This document shows positions 15,101 to 30,200 of a DNA stretch of 64,000 nt, piece after piece; within the stretch, counting starts at the first letter, position 1, and each line of letters opens with the position of its first letter. Under the pieces are notes generated by a model. The model worked only from the letters and a program-made list of their open reading frames with translations, had not been told where the DNA came from and made no database searches. The position numbers were made by a program, and so were the translations under genes. The DNA comes from Eledone cirrhosa (lineage: Eukaryota): NCBI GenBank assembly GCA_964016885.1, contig OZ024741.1:396490001-396554000 (forward strand). The letters are read 5' to 3'.

Positions 15101-18100
15101 ATCAGCCACACCACAAGGGTCAAAGTGCATCTATCAGTCACACCACAAGAGTCAAAGTGCATCAATCAGCCACACCACAAGAGTCAAAGTGCATCAATCA
15201 GTTACACCACAAGAGTCAAAGTGCATCAATCAGTCACACCACAAGGGTGAAAGTGCATCAATCAGCCACACCACAAGGGTCAAAGTGCATCAATCAGTCA
15301 CACCACAAGAGTCAAAGTGCATCAATCAGACACACCACAAGAGTCAAAGTGCATCAATCAGTGACACCACAAGGGTCAAAGTGCTTCAATCAGTCACACC
15401 ACAAGAGTCAAAGTGTTTCAATCAGTCACACCACAAGAGTCAAAGTGCATCAATCAGTCACACCACAAGGGTCAAATTCCTTCAATCAGTCACACCACAA
15501 GGGTCAAAGTGCATCAATCAGTCACACCACATGGGTCAAAGTGCATCAATCAGTCACACCACAAGAGTCAAAGTGCTTCAATCAGTCACACCACAAGGGT
15601 CAAATTCCTTCAATCAGTCACACCACAAGGGTCAAAGTGCATCAATCAGTCACACCAGAAGGGTCAAAGTGCATCAATCAGTCACACCACAAGGGTCAAA
15701 GTGCATCAATCAGTCACACCACAAGGGTCAAATTCCTTCAATCAGTCACACCACAAGAGTCAAAGTGCATCAATCAGTCACACCACAAGAGTCAAAGTGC
15801 TTCAATCAGTCACACCACAAGGGTCAAATTCCTTCAATCAGTCACACCACAAGGGTCAAAGTGCATCAATCAGTCACACCACAAGGGTCAAAGTGCATCA
15901 ATCAGTCACACCACAAGGGTCAAAGTGCATCAATCAGTCACACCACAAGAGTCAAAGTGCATCAATCAGTCACACCACAAGGGTCAAAGTGCATCAATCA
16001 GTCACACCACAAGGGTCAAAGTGCATCAATCAGTCACACCACAAGAGTCAAAGTGCATCAATCAGTCACACCACAAGGGTCAAAGTGCATCAATCAGTCA
16101 CACCACAAGGGTCAAAGTGCATCAATCAGTCACACCACAAGGGTCAAAGTGCATCAATCAGTCACACCACAAGAGTCAAAGTGCATCAATCAGTCACACC
16201 ACAAGGGTCAAATTCCTTCAATCAGTCACACCACAAGAGTCAAAGTGCATCAATCAGTCACACCACAAGGGTCAAAGTGCATCAATCAGTTACACCACAA
16301 GGGTCAAAGTGCATCAATCAGTCACACCACACGAGTCAAATTGCATCAATCAGTCACACCACAAGGGTCAAAGTGCATCAATCAGTCACACCACAAGGGT
16401 CAAAGTGCATTACAGTCACACCACAAGTGTCAAAGTGCATCAATCAGTCACACCACAAGGGTCAAAGAGCATCAATCAGTCACACAACAAGAGTCAAAGG
16501 GCATCAATCAGCCACACCACAAGGTTAAAGTGCATCAATCAGTCACACCACAAGGGTCAAAGTGCATCAATCAGTCACACCACAAGAGTCAAAGTGCATC
16601 AATCAGTCACACCACAAGGGTCAAATTCCTTCAATCAGTCACACCACAAGGGTCAAAGTGCATCAATCAGTCACACCACAAGATTCAAAGTGCATCAATC
16701 AGTCACACCACAAGGGTCAAAGTGCATCAATCAGTCACACCACGAGGGTCAAAGTGCATCAATCAGTCACACGACAAGGGTCAAAGTGCATCAATCAGTT
16801 ACACCACAAGGGTCAAAGTGCATCAATCAGTCACACCACAAGGGTCAAAGTGCATCAATCAGTCAGACCACAAGGGTCAAAGTGGATCAATCAGTCACAC
16901 CACAAGAGTCAAAGTGCATCAATCAGTCACACCACAAGGGTCAAATTCCTTCAATCAGTCACACCACAAGAGTCAAAGTGCATCAATCAGTCACACCACA
17001 AGGGTCAAAGTGCATCAATCAGTTACACCACAAGGGTCAAAGTGCATCAATCAGTCACACCACAAGGGTCAAAGTGCATCAATCAGTCAGACCACAAGGG
17101 TCAAAGTGGATCAATCAGTCACACCACAAGGGTCAAAGTGCATCAATCATTCACACCACAAGGGTCAAATTCCTTCAATCAGTCACACCACAAGGGTCAA
17201 ATTCCTTCAATCAGTCACACCACAAGGGTCAAAGTGCATCAATCAGTCACACCACAAGGGTCAAAGTGCATCAATCAATCACACCACAAGGGTCAAAGTG
17301 CATCAATCAGTCACACCACAAGGGTCAAAGTGCATCAATCAGTCACACCACAAGAGTCAAAGTGCATCAATCAGTCACACCACAAGGGTCAAATTCCTTC
17401 AATCAGTCACACCACAAGAGTCAAAGTGCATCAATCAGTCACACCACAAGGGTCAAAGTGCATCAATCAGTTACACCACAAGGGTCAAAGTGCATCAATC
17501 AGTCACACCACACGAGTCAAAGTGCATCAATCAGTCACACCACAAGGGTCAAAGTGCATCAATCAGTCACACCACAAGGGTCAAAGTGCATCACAGTCAC
17601 ACCACAAGTGTCAAAGTGCATCAATCAGTCACACCACAAGGGTCAAAGAGCATCAATCAGTCACACAACAAGAGTCAAAGTGCATCAATCAGCCACACCA
17701 CAAGGTTAAAGTGCATCAATCAGTCACACCACAAGGGTCAAAGTGCATCAATCAGTCAGACCACAAGGGTCAAAGTGGATCAATCAGTCACACCACAAGG
17801 GTCAAAGTGCATCAATCAATCACACCACAAGGGTCAAAGTGCATCAATCAGTCACACCACAAGAGTCAAGGGGCACCAATCAGTCACACCACAAGGGTCA
17901 AATTCCTTCAATCAGTCACACCACAAGGGTCAAAGTGCATCAATCAGTCACACCTCAAGAGTCAAAGTGCATCAATCAGTCACACCACAAGGGTCAAAGT
18001 GCATCAATCAGTCACACCACGAGGGTCAAAGTGCATCAATCAGTCACACGACAAGGGTCAAAGTGCATCAATCAGTCACACCACAAGGGTCAAAGTGCAT

Positions 18101-21100
18101 CAATCAGTCACACCACAAGGGTCAAAGTGCATCAATCAGTCACACCACAAGGGTCAAAGTGCATCAATCAGTCACACCACAAGAGTCAAAGTGCATCAAT
18201 CAGTCACACCACAAGGGTCAAATTCCTTCAATCAGTCACACCACAAGAGTCAAAGTGCATCAATCAGTCACACCACAAGGGTCAAAGTGCATCAATCAGT
18301 CACACCACAAGAGTCAAAGTGCTTCAATCAGTCACACCACAAGGGTCAAATTCCTTCAATCAGTCACACCACAAGGGTCAAAGTGCATCAATCAGTCACA
18401 CCACAAGGGTCAAAGTGCATCAATCAGTCACACCACAAGGGTCAAAGTGCATCAATCAGTCACACCACAAGAGTCAAAGTGCATCAATCAGTCACACCAC
18501 AAGGGTCAAAGTGCATCAATCAGTCACACCACAAGGGTCAAAGTGCATCAATCAGTCACACCACAAGAGTCAAAGTGCATCAATCAGTCACACCACAAGG
18601 GTCAAAGTGCATCAATCAGTCACACCACAAGGGTCAAAGTGCATCAATCAGTCACACCACAAGGGTCAACGTGCATCAATCAGTCACACCACAAGAGTCA
18701 AAGTGCATCAATCAGTCACACCACAAGGGTCAAATTCCTTCAATCAGTCACACTACAAGAGTCAAAGTGCATCAATCAGTCACACCACAAGCGTCAAAGT
18801 GCATCAATCAGTTACACCACAAGGGTCAAAGTGCATCAATCAGTCACACCACACGAGTCAAAGTGCATCAATCAGTCACACCACAAGGGTCAAAGTGCAT
18901 CAATCAGTCACACCACAAGGGTCAAAGTGCATCACAGTCACACCACAAGTGTCAAAGTGCATCAATCAGTCACACCACAAGGGTCAAAGAGCATCAATCA
19001 GTCACACAACAAGAGTCAAAGTGCATCAATCAGCCACACTACAAGGTTAAAGTGCATCAATCAGTCACACCACAAGGGTCAAAGTGCATCAATCAGTCAG
19101 ACCACAAGAGTCAAAGTGGATCAATCAGTCACACCACAAGGGTCAAAGTGCATCAATCAATCACACCACAAGGGTCAAAGTGCATCAATCAGTCACACCA
19201 CAAGAGTCAAGGGGCACCAATCAGTCACACCACAAGGGTCAAATTCCTTCAATCAGTCACACCACAAGGGTCAAAGTGCATCAATCAGTCACACCTCAAG
19301 AGTCAAAGTGCATCAATCAGTCACACCACAAGGGTCAAAGTGCATCAATCAGTCACACCACGAGGGTCAAAGTGCATCAATCAGTCACAAGACAAGGGTC
19401 AAAGTGCATCAATCAGTCACACCACAAGGGTCAAAGTGCATCAATCAGTCACACCACAAGGGTCAAAGTGCATCAATCAGTCACACCACAAGGGTCAAAG
19501 TGCATCAATCAGTCACACCACAAGAGTCAAAGTGCATCAATCAGTCACACCACAAGGGTCAAATTCCTTCAATCAGTCACACCACAGGAGTCAAAGTGCA
19601 TCAATCAGTCACACCACAAGGGTCAAAGTGCATCAATCAGTCACACCACAAGGGTCAAAGTGCATCAATCATTCACACCACAAGGGTCAAAGTGCATCAA
19701 TCAGTGACACCACAAGGGTCAAAGTGCATCAATCAGTCACACCACAAGAGTCAAAGTGCATCAATCAGTCACACCACAAGAGTCAAGGGGCACCAATCAG
19801 TCACACCACAAGGGTCAAATTCCTTCAATCAGTCACACCACAAGGGTCAAAGTGCATCAATCAGTCACACCTCAAGACTCAAAGTGCATCAATCAGTCAC
19901 ACCACAAGGGTCAAAGTGCATCAATCAGTCACACCACGAGAGTCAAAGTGCATCAATCAGTCACACGACAAGGGTCAAAGTGCATCAATCAGTCACACCA
20001 CAAGGGTCAAAGTGCATCAATCAGTAACACCACAAGAGTCAAACAGCATCAATCAGTCACACCACAAGGGTCAACGTGCATCAATCAGTCACACCACAAG
20101 GGTCAAAGTGCATCAATCAGTCACACCACAAGGGTCAAAGTGCATCAATCAGTCACACCACAAGGGTCAAAGTGCATCAATCAGCCACACCACAAGGGTC
20201 AAAGTGCATCTATCAGTCACACCACAAGAGTCAAAGTGCATCAATCAGCCACACCACAAGAGTCAAAGTGCATCAATCAGTTACACCACAAGAGTCAAAG
20301 TGCATCAATCAGTCACACCACAAGGGTGAAAGTGCATCAATCAGCCACACCACAAGGGTCAAAGTGCATCAATCAGTCACACCACAAGAGTCAAAGTGCA
20401 TCAATCAGACACACCACAAGAGTCAAAGTGCATCAATCAGTGACACCACAAGGGTCAAAGTGCTTCAATCAGTCACACCACAAGAGTCAAAGTGTTTCAA
20501 TCAGTCACACCACAAGAGTCAAAGTGCATCAATCAGTCACACCACAAGGGTCAAATTCCTTCAATCAGTCACACCACAAGGGTCAAAGTGCATCAATCAG
20601 TCACACCACATGGGTCAAAGTGCATCAATCAGTCACACCACAAGAGTCAAAGTGCTTCAATCAGTCACACCACAAGGGTCAAATTCCTTCAATCAGTCAC
20701 ACCACAAGGGTCAAAGTGCATCAATCAGTCACACCAGAAGGGTCAAAGTGCATCAATCAGTCACACCACAAGGGTCAAAGTGCATCAATCAGTCACACCA
20801 CAAGGGTCAAATTCCTTCAATCAGTCACACCACAAGAGTCAAAGTGCATCAATCAGTCACACCACAAGAGTCAAAGTGCTTCAATCAGTCACACCACAAG
20901 GGTCAAATTCCTTCAATCAGTCACACCACAAGGGTCAAAGTGCATCAATCAGTCACACCACAAGGGTCAAAGTGCATCAATCAGTCACACCACAAGGGTC
21001 AAAGTGCATCAATCAGTCACACCACAAGAGTCAAAGTGCATCAATCAGTCACACCACAAGGGTCAAAGTGCATCAATCAGTCACACCACAAGGGTCAAAG

Positions 21101-22401
21101 TGCATCAATCAGTCACACCACAAGAGTCAAAGTGCATCAATCAGTCACACCACAAGGGTCAAAGTGCATCAATCAGTCACACCACAAGGGTCAAAGTGCA
21201 TCAATCAGTCACACCACAAGGGTCAAAGTGCATCAATCAGTCACACCACAAGAGTCAAAGTGCATCAATCAGTCACACCACAAGGGTCAAATTCCTTCAA
21301 TCAGTCACACCACAAGAGTCAAAGTGCATCAATCAGTCACACCACAAGGGTCAAAGTGCATCAATCAGTTACACCACAAGGGTCAAAGTGCATCAATCAG
21401 TCACACCACACGAGTCAAATTGCATCAATCAGTCACACCACAAGGGTCAAAGTGCATCAATCAGTCACACCACAAGGGTCAAAGTGCATTACAGTCACAC
21501 CACAAGTGTCAAAGTGCATCAATCAGTCACACCACAAGGGTCAAAGAGCATCAATCAGTCACACAACAAGAGTCAAAGTGCATCAATCAGCCACACCACA
21601 AGGTTAAAGTGCATCAATCAGTCACACCACAAGGGTCAAAGTGCATCAATCAGTCACACCACAAGAGTCAAAGTGCATCAATCAGTCACACCACAAGGGT
21701 CAAATTCCTTCAATCAGTCACACCACAAGGGTCAAAGTGCATCAATCAGTCACACCACAAGATTCAAAGTGCATCAATCAGTCACACCACAAGGGTCAAA
21801 GTGCATCAATCAGTCACACCACGAGGGTCAAAGTGCATCAATCAGTCACACGACAAGGGTCAAAGTGCATCAATCAGTTACACCACAAGGGTCAAAGTGC
21901 ATCAATCAGTCACACCACAAGGGTCAAAGTGCATCAATCAGTCAGACCACAAGGGTCAAAGTGGATCAATCAGTCACACCACAAGAGTCAAAGTGCATCA
22001 ATCAGTCACACCACAAGGGTCAAATTCCTTCAATCAGTCACACCACAAGAGTCAAAGTGCATCAATCAGTCACACCACAAGGGTCAAAGTGCATCAATCA
22101 GTTACACCACAAGGGTCAAAGTGCATCAATCAGTCACACCACAAGGGTCAAAGTGCATCAATCAGTCAGACCACAAGGGTCAAAGTGGATCAATCAGTCA
22201 CACCACAAGGGTCAAAGTGCATCAATCAGTCACACCACAAGGGTCAAATTCCTTCAATCAGTCACACCACAAGGGTCAAATTCCTTCAATCAGTCACACC
22301 ACAAGGGTCAAAGTGCATCAATCAGTCACACCACAAGGGTCAAAGTGCATGAATCAATCACACCACAAGGGTCAAAGTGCATCAATCAGTCACACCACAA
22401 G
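12200..22401 (+). repeat. Tandem higher-order duplication, period 5079 bp (159 monomers minus 9 bp), two copies
   Basis: ORF pairs 12664/17743, 14005/19084, 14677/19756, 14997/20076, 15413..16528/20492..21607 and 16562/21641 are all offset 5079. Confidence 0.93.
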
Positions 22402-23689
22402 AGTCAAGGGGCACCAATCAGTCACACCACAAGGGTCAAATTCCTTCAATCAGTCACACCACAAGGGTCAAAGTGCATCAATCAGTCACACCTCAAGAGT
22501 CAAAGTGCATCAATCAGTCACACCACAAGGGTCAAAGTGCATCAATCAGTCACACCACGAGGGTCAAAGTGCATCAATCAGTCACACGACAAGGGTCAAA
22601 GTGCATCAATCAGTCACACCACAAGGGTCAAAGTGCATCAATCAGTCACACCACAAGGGTCAAAGTGCATCAATCAGTCACACCACAAGGGTCAAAGTGC
22701 ATCAATCAGTCACACCACAAGAGTCAAAGTGCATCAATCAGTCACACCACAAGGGTCAAATTCCTTCAATCAGTCACACCACAAGAGTCAAAGTGCATCA
22801 ATCAGTCACACCACAAGGGTCAAAGTGCATCAATCAGTCACACCACAAGGGTCAAAGTGCATCAATCATTCACACCACAAGGGTCAAAGTGCATCAATCA
22901 GTCACACCACAAGGGTCAAAGTGCATCAATCAGTCACACCACAAGAGTCAAAGTGCATCAATCAGTCACACCACAAGGGTCAAATTCCTTCAATCAGTCA
23001 CACCACAAGGGTCAAAGTGCATCAATCAGTCACACCACAAGATTCAAAGTGCATCAATCAGTCACACCACAAGGGTCAAAGTGCATCAATCAGTCACACC
23101 ACGAGGGTCAAAGTGCATCAATCAGTCACACGACAAGGGTCAAAGTGCATCAATCAGTCACACCACAAGGGTCAAAGTGCATCAATCAGTCACACCACAA
23201 GGGTCAAAGTGCATCAATCAGTCACACCACAAGGGTCAAAGTGCATCAATCAGTCACACCACAAGAGTCAAAGTGCATCAATCAGTCACACCACAAGGGT
23301 CAAATTCCTTCAATCAGTCACACCACAAGAGTCAAAGTGCATCAATCAGTCACACCACAAGGGTCAAAGTGCATCAATCAGTTACACCACAAGGGTCAAA
23401 GTGCATCAATCAGTCACACCACAAGGGTCAAAGTGCATCAATCAGTCAGACCACAAGGGTCAAAGTGGATCAATCAGTCACACCACAAGGGTCAAAGTGC
23501 ATCAATCAGTCACACCACAAGGGTCAAATTCCTTCAATCAGTCACACCACAAGGGTCAAATTCCTTCAATCAGTCACACCACAAGGGTCAAAGTGCATCA
23601 ATCAGTCACACCACAAGAGTCAAAGTGCATCAATCAGTCACACCACAAGGGTCAAAGTGCATCAATCAGCCACACCACAAGGGTCAAAG

Positions 23690-26600
23690 TGCATCAATCA
23701 GTCACACCACAAGTGTCAAAGTGCATCAATCTGTCACACCACAAGAGTCAAAGTGCATCAATGAGTCACACCACAAGGGTCAAAGTGCATCAATCAGTCA
23801 CACCACAAGGGTCAAAGTGCATCAATCATTCACACCACAAGGGTCAAAGTGCATCAATCAGTCACACCACAAGGGTCAAAGTGCATCAAATCAATCAGTC
23901 ACACCACAAGAGTCAAAGTGCATCAATCAGTCACACCACAAGGGTCAAATTCCTTCAATCAGTCACACCACAAGGTTCAAAGTGCATCAATCAGTCACAC
24001 CACACGAGTCAAAGTGCATCAATCAGTCACACCACAAGGGTCAAAGTGCATCAATCAGTCACAGCACAAGGGTCAAAGTGCATCACAGTCACACCACAAG
24101 TGTCAAAGTGCATCAATCAGTCACACCACAAGGGTCAAAGTGCATCAATCAGTCACACCACAAGAGTCAAAGTGCATCAATCAGCCACACCACAAGGGTC
24201 AAAGTGCATCAATCAGTCACACCACAAGGGTCAAAGTGCATCAATCAGTCAGACCACAAGGGTCAAAGTGGATCAATCAGTCACACCACAAGGGTCAAAG
24301 TGCATCAATCAGTCACACCACAAGGGTCAAAGTGCATCAATCAGTCACACCACAAGAGTCAAAGTGCATCAATCAGTCACACCACAAGAGTCAAGGGGCA
24401 CCAATCAGTCACACCACAAGGGTCAAATTCCTTCAATCAGTCACACCACAAGGGTCAAAGTGCATCAATCAGTCACACCTCAAGACTCAAAGTGCATCAA
24501 TCAGTCACACCACAAGGGTCAAAGTGCATCAATCAGTCACACCACGAGAGTCAAAGTGCATCAATCAGTCACACGACAAGGGTCAAAGTGCATCAATCAG
24601 TCACACCACAAGGGTCAAAGTGCATCAATCAGTAACACCACAAGAGTCAAACAGCATCAATCAGTCACACCACAAGGGTCAACGTGCATCAATCAGTCAC
24701 ACCACAAGGGTCAAAGTGCATCAATTAGTCACACCACAAGGGTCAAAGTGCATCAATCAGTCACACCACAAGGGTCAAAGTGCATCAATCAGCCACACCA
24801 CAAGGGTCAAAGTGCATCTATCAGTCACACCACAAGAGTCAAAGTGCATCAATCAGCCACACCACAAGAGTCAAAGTGCATCAATCAGTTACACCACAAG
24901 AGTCAAAGTGCACCTATCAGTCACACCACAAGAGTCAAAGTGCATCAATCAGTCACACCACAAGAGTCAAAGTGCATCAATCAGTTACACCACAAGAGTC
25001 AAAGTGCATCAATCAGTCACACCACAAGGGTCAAAGTGCATCAATCAGCCACACCACAAGGGTCAAAGTGCATCAATCAGTCACACCACAAGAGTCAAAG
25101 TGCATCAATCAGTCACACCACAAGGGTCAAAGTGCATCAATCAGTTACACCACAAGAGTCAATGTGCATCAATCAGTTACACCACAAGAGTCAAAGTGCA
25201 TCAATCAGACACACCACAAGGGTCAAAGTGCATCAATCAGTTACACCACAAGAGTCAAAGTGCATCAATGAGTTACACCACAAGAGTCAAAGTGCATCAA
25301 TCAGTCACACCACAAGGGTCAAAGTGCATCAATCAGTCACACCACAAGGGTCAAAGTGCATCAATCAGTCAGACCACAAGGGTCAAAGTGCATCAATCAG
25401 TCACACCACAAGTGTCAAAGTGCATCAATCAGTCACACCACAAGAGTCAAAGTGCATCAATGAGTCACACCACAAGGGTCAAAGTGCATCAATCAGCCAC
25501 ACCACAAGGGTCAAAGTGCATCAATCATTCACACCACAAGGGTCAAAGTGCATCAATCAGTCACACCACAAGGGTCAAAGTGCATCAAATCAATCAGTCA
25601 CACCACAAGAGTCAAAGTGCATCAATCAGTCACACCACAAGGGTCAAATTCCTTCAATCAGTCACACCACAAGGGTCAAAGTGCATCAATCAGTCTCACC
25701 ACACGAGTCAAAGTGCATCAATCAGTCACACCACAAGGGTCAAAGTGCATCAATCAGTCACACCACAAGGGTCAAAGTGCATCACAGTCACACCACAAGT
25801 GTCAAAGTGCATCAATCAGTCACACCACAAGGGTCAAAGTGCATCAATCAGTCACACCACAAGAGTCAAAGTGCATCAATCAGCCACACCACAAGGGTCA
25901 AAGTGCATCAATCAGTCACACCACAAGGGTCAAAGTGCATCAATCAGTCAGACCACAAGGGTCAAAGTGGATCAATCAGTCACACCACAAGGGTCAAAGT
26001 GCATCAATCAGTGACACCACAAGGGTCAAAGTGCATCAATCAGTCACACCACAAGAGTCAAAGCGCATCAATCAGTCACACCACAAGAGTCAAGGGGCAC
26101 CAATCAGTCACACCACAAGGGTCAAATTCCTTCAATCAGTCACACCACAAGGGTCAAAGTGCATCAATCAGTCACACCTCAAGACTCAAAGTGCATCAAT
26201 CAGTCACACCACAAGGGTCAAAGTGCATCAATCAGTCACACCACGAGAGTCAAAGTGCATCAATCAGTCACACGACAAGGGTCAAAGTGCATCAATCAGT
26301 CACACCACAAGGGTCAAAGTGCATCAATCAGTAACACCACAAGAGTCAAACAGCATCAATCAGTCACACCACAAGGGTCAACGTGCATCAATCAGTCACA
26401 CCACAAGGGTCAAAGTGCATCAATCAGTCACACCTCAAGACTCAAAGTGCATCAATCAGTCACACCACAAGGGTCAAAGTGCATCAATCAGTCACACCAC
26501 GAGAGTCAAAGTGCATCAATCAGTCACACGACAAGGGTCAAAGTGCATCAATCAGTCACACCACAAGGGTCAAAGTGCATCAATCAGTAACACCACAAGA

Positions 26601-27200
26601 GTCAAACAGCATCAATCAGTCACACCACAAGGGTCAACGTGCATCAATCAGTCACACCACAAGGGTCAAAGTGCATCAATCAGTCACACCACAAGGGTCA
26701 AAGTGCATCAATCAGTCACACCACAAGGGTCAAAGTGCATCAATCAGCCACACCACAAGGGTCAAAGTGCATCTATCAGTCACACCACAAGAGTCAAAGT
26801 GCATCAATCAGCCACACCACAAGAGTCAAAGTGCATCAATCAGTTACACCACAAGAGTCAAAGTGCACCTATCAGTCACACCACAAGAGTCAAAGTGCAT
26901 CAATCAGTCACACCACAAGAGTCAAAGTGCATCAATCAGTTACACCACAAGAGTCAAAGTGCATCAATCAGTCACACCACAAGGGTCAAAGTGCATCAAT
27001 CAGCCACACCACAAGAGTCAAAGTGCATCAATCAGTCCCACCACAAGAGTCAAAGTGCATCAATCAGTCACACCACAAGGGTCAAAGTGCATCAATCAGT
27101 TACACCACAAGAGTCAATGTGCATCAATCAGTTACACCACAAGAGTCAAAGTGCATCAATCAGACACACCACAAGGGTCAAAGTGCATCAATCAGTCACA
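23690..27200 (+). repeat. Tandem higher-order duplication, period 1699 bp (53 monomers + 3 bp); second copy carries an internal 256-bp (8-monomer) duplication at about 26150-26660
   Basis: ORF starts 23849/25548 and ends 24635/26334 are offset 1699. Ends 26334/26590 and starts 26383/26639 are offset 256, with CCTCAAGACTC...GTAACACC...AAACAGC...AACGTG occurring twice. Confidence 0.82.
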
Positions 27201-30200
27201 CCACAAGGGTCAAAGTGCATCAATCAGTCACACCAGAAGGGTCAAAGTGCATCAAACAGTCACACCACAAGAGTCAAAGTGCATCAATCAGTCACACCAC
27301 AAGGGTCAAAGTGCATCAAACAGTCACACCACAAGAGTCAAAGTGCATCAATCAGTTACACCACAAGAGTCAAAGTGCATCAATCAGTCACACCAAAAGG
27401 ATCAAAGTGCATCAATCATCCACACCACAAGGGTCAAAGTGCATCAATCAGTCACACCACAAGAGTCAAAGTGCATCAATCAGTCACACCACAAGGGTTA
27501 AAGTGCATCAATCAGTCGCACCACAAGGGTCAAATTCTTTCAATCAGTCACACCACAAGAGTCAAAGTGCATCAATCAGTCACACCACAAGGGTCAAAGT
27601 GCATCAATCAGTCACACCACAAGGGTAAAAGTGTTTCAATCAGTCACACCACAAGGGTCAAAGTGCATCAATCAGTCACACCACAAGGGTCAAAGTGTTT
27701 CAATCAGTCACACCACAAGGGTCAAAGTGCATCAATCAGTCACACCACAAGAGTCAAAGTGCATCAATCAATCACACCACAAGGGTCAAAGTGCATCAAT
27801 CAGTCACACCACAAGGGTCAAAGTGCATCAATCAGTTACACCACAAGAGTCAAAGTGCATCAATCAGTCACACCACAAGGGTCAAAGTGCATCAATCAGT
27901 TACACCACAAGAGTCAAAGTGCATCAATCAGTTACACCACAAGAGTCAAAGTGCATCAATCAGTCACACCACAAGAGTCAAAGTGCATCAATCAGTTACA
28001 CCACAAGAGTCAAAGTGCATCAATCAGTTACACCACAAGAGTCAATGTGCTTCAATCAGTCACACCACAAGGGTCAAAGTGCATCAATCAGTCACACCAC
28101 AAGGGTCAAAGTGCATCAATCATTTACACCACAAGGGTCAAAGTGCATCAATCAGTCACACCACAAGGGTCAAAGTGCATCAATCAGTTACACCACAAGA
28201 GTCAAAGTGCATCAATCAGTCACACCACAAGGGTCAAAGTGCATCAATCAGTCACACCACAAGGGTCAAAGTGCATCAATCAGTCACACCACAAGAGTCA
28301 AAGTGCATCAATCAGTTACACCACAAGAGTCAAAGTGCATCAATCAGTCACACCACAAGGGTCGAAGTGCATCAATCAGTCACACCACAAGGGTCAAAGT
28401 GCATCAATCAGTTACACCACAAGAGTCAAAGTGCATCAATCAGTCACACCACAAGAGTTAAAGTGCATCAATCAGTCACACCACAAGAGTCGAAGTGAAT
28501 CAATCAGTCACACCACAAGGTCAAAGTGCATCAATCAGTCACACCACAAGAGTCAAAGTGCATCAATCAGTCACAACCACAAGGGTCAAATTCCTTCAAT
28601 CAGTCACACCACAAGAGTCAAAGTGCATAAATCAGTCACACCACAAGAGTCAAAGTGCATCAATCAGTCACACCACAAGGGTCAAATTCCTTCAATCAGT
28701 CACACCACAAGAGTCAAAGTGCATCAATCAGTCACACCACAAGAGTCAAAGTGCATCAATCAGTCACACCACAAGGGTCAAAGTGCATCAATCAGTCACA
28801 CCACCAGGGTCAAATTCCTTCAATCAGTCACACCACAAGGGTCAAATTCCTTCAATCAGTCACACCACAAGAGTCAAAGTGCATCAATCAGTCACACCAC
28901 GAGGGTCAAAGTGCATCAATCAGTTACAGCACAAGAGTCAAAGTGCATCAATCAGTCACACCACAAGAGTCAAAGTGCATCAATCAGTCACACCACAAGA
29001 GTCAAAGTGCATCAATCAGTCACACCACAAGGGTCAAAGTGCATCAATCAGTCACACCACAACAGTCAAAGTGCATCAATAAGTCACACCACAAGGGTCA
29101 AATTCCTTCAATCAGTCACACCACAAGAGCCAAAGTGCATCAATCAGTCACACCACAAGAGTCAAAGTGCATCAATCAGTCACACCACAAGAGTCAAAGT
29201 GCATCAATCAGCCACACCACAAGGGTCAAAGTGCATCAATCAGTCACACCACAAGGGTCAAAGTGCATCAATCAGTCACACCACAAGGGTCAAAGTGCAT
29301 CAATCAGTCACACCACAAGGGTCAAAATGCATCAATCAGTCACACCACAAGGGTCAAAGTTCATCAATCAGACACACCAGAAGAGTCAAAGTGCATCAAT
29401 CAGTCACACCACAAGAGTCAAAGTGCATCAATCAGTCACACCACAAGGGTCAAATTCCTTCAATCAGTCACACCACAAGGGTCAAAGTGCATCAATCAGT
29501 CACACCACAAGGGTCAAAGTGCATCAATCAGTCACACAACAAGAGTCAAAGTGCATCAATCAGTCACACCACAAGGGTCAAAGTGCATCAATCAGTCACA
29601 CCACAAGAGTCAAAGTGCATCAATCAGCCACACCACAAGGGTCAAAGTGCATCAATCAGTCACACCACAAGGGTCAAAATGCATCAATCAGTCACACCAC
29701 AAGAGTTAAAGTGCATCAAACAGTCACACCACAAGGGTCAAAGTGCATCAATCAGTCACACCACAAGGGTCAAAGTGCATCAATCAGTCACACCACAAGG
29801 GTCAAAGTGCATCAATCAGTTACACCACAAGAGTCAAAGTGCATCAATCAGTCACACCACAAGGGTCAAAGTGCATCAATCAGTCACACCACAAGGGTCA
29901 AAGTGCATCAATCAGCCACACCACAAGGGTCAAAGTCCATCAATCAGTTACACCACAAGAGTCAAAGTGCATCAATCAGTTACACCACAAGAGTCAAAGT
30001 GCATCAATCAGTCACACCACAAGGGTCAAAGTGCATCAATCAGTCACACCACAAGGGTGGAATTGCATCAATCAGTTACACCACAAGAGTCAAAGTGCAT
30101 CAATCAGTCACACCACAAGGGTCAAAGTGCATCAATCAGTTACACCACAAGAGTCAAAGTGCATCAATCAGTTACACCACAAGAGTCAAAGTGCATCAAT

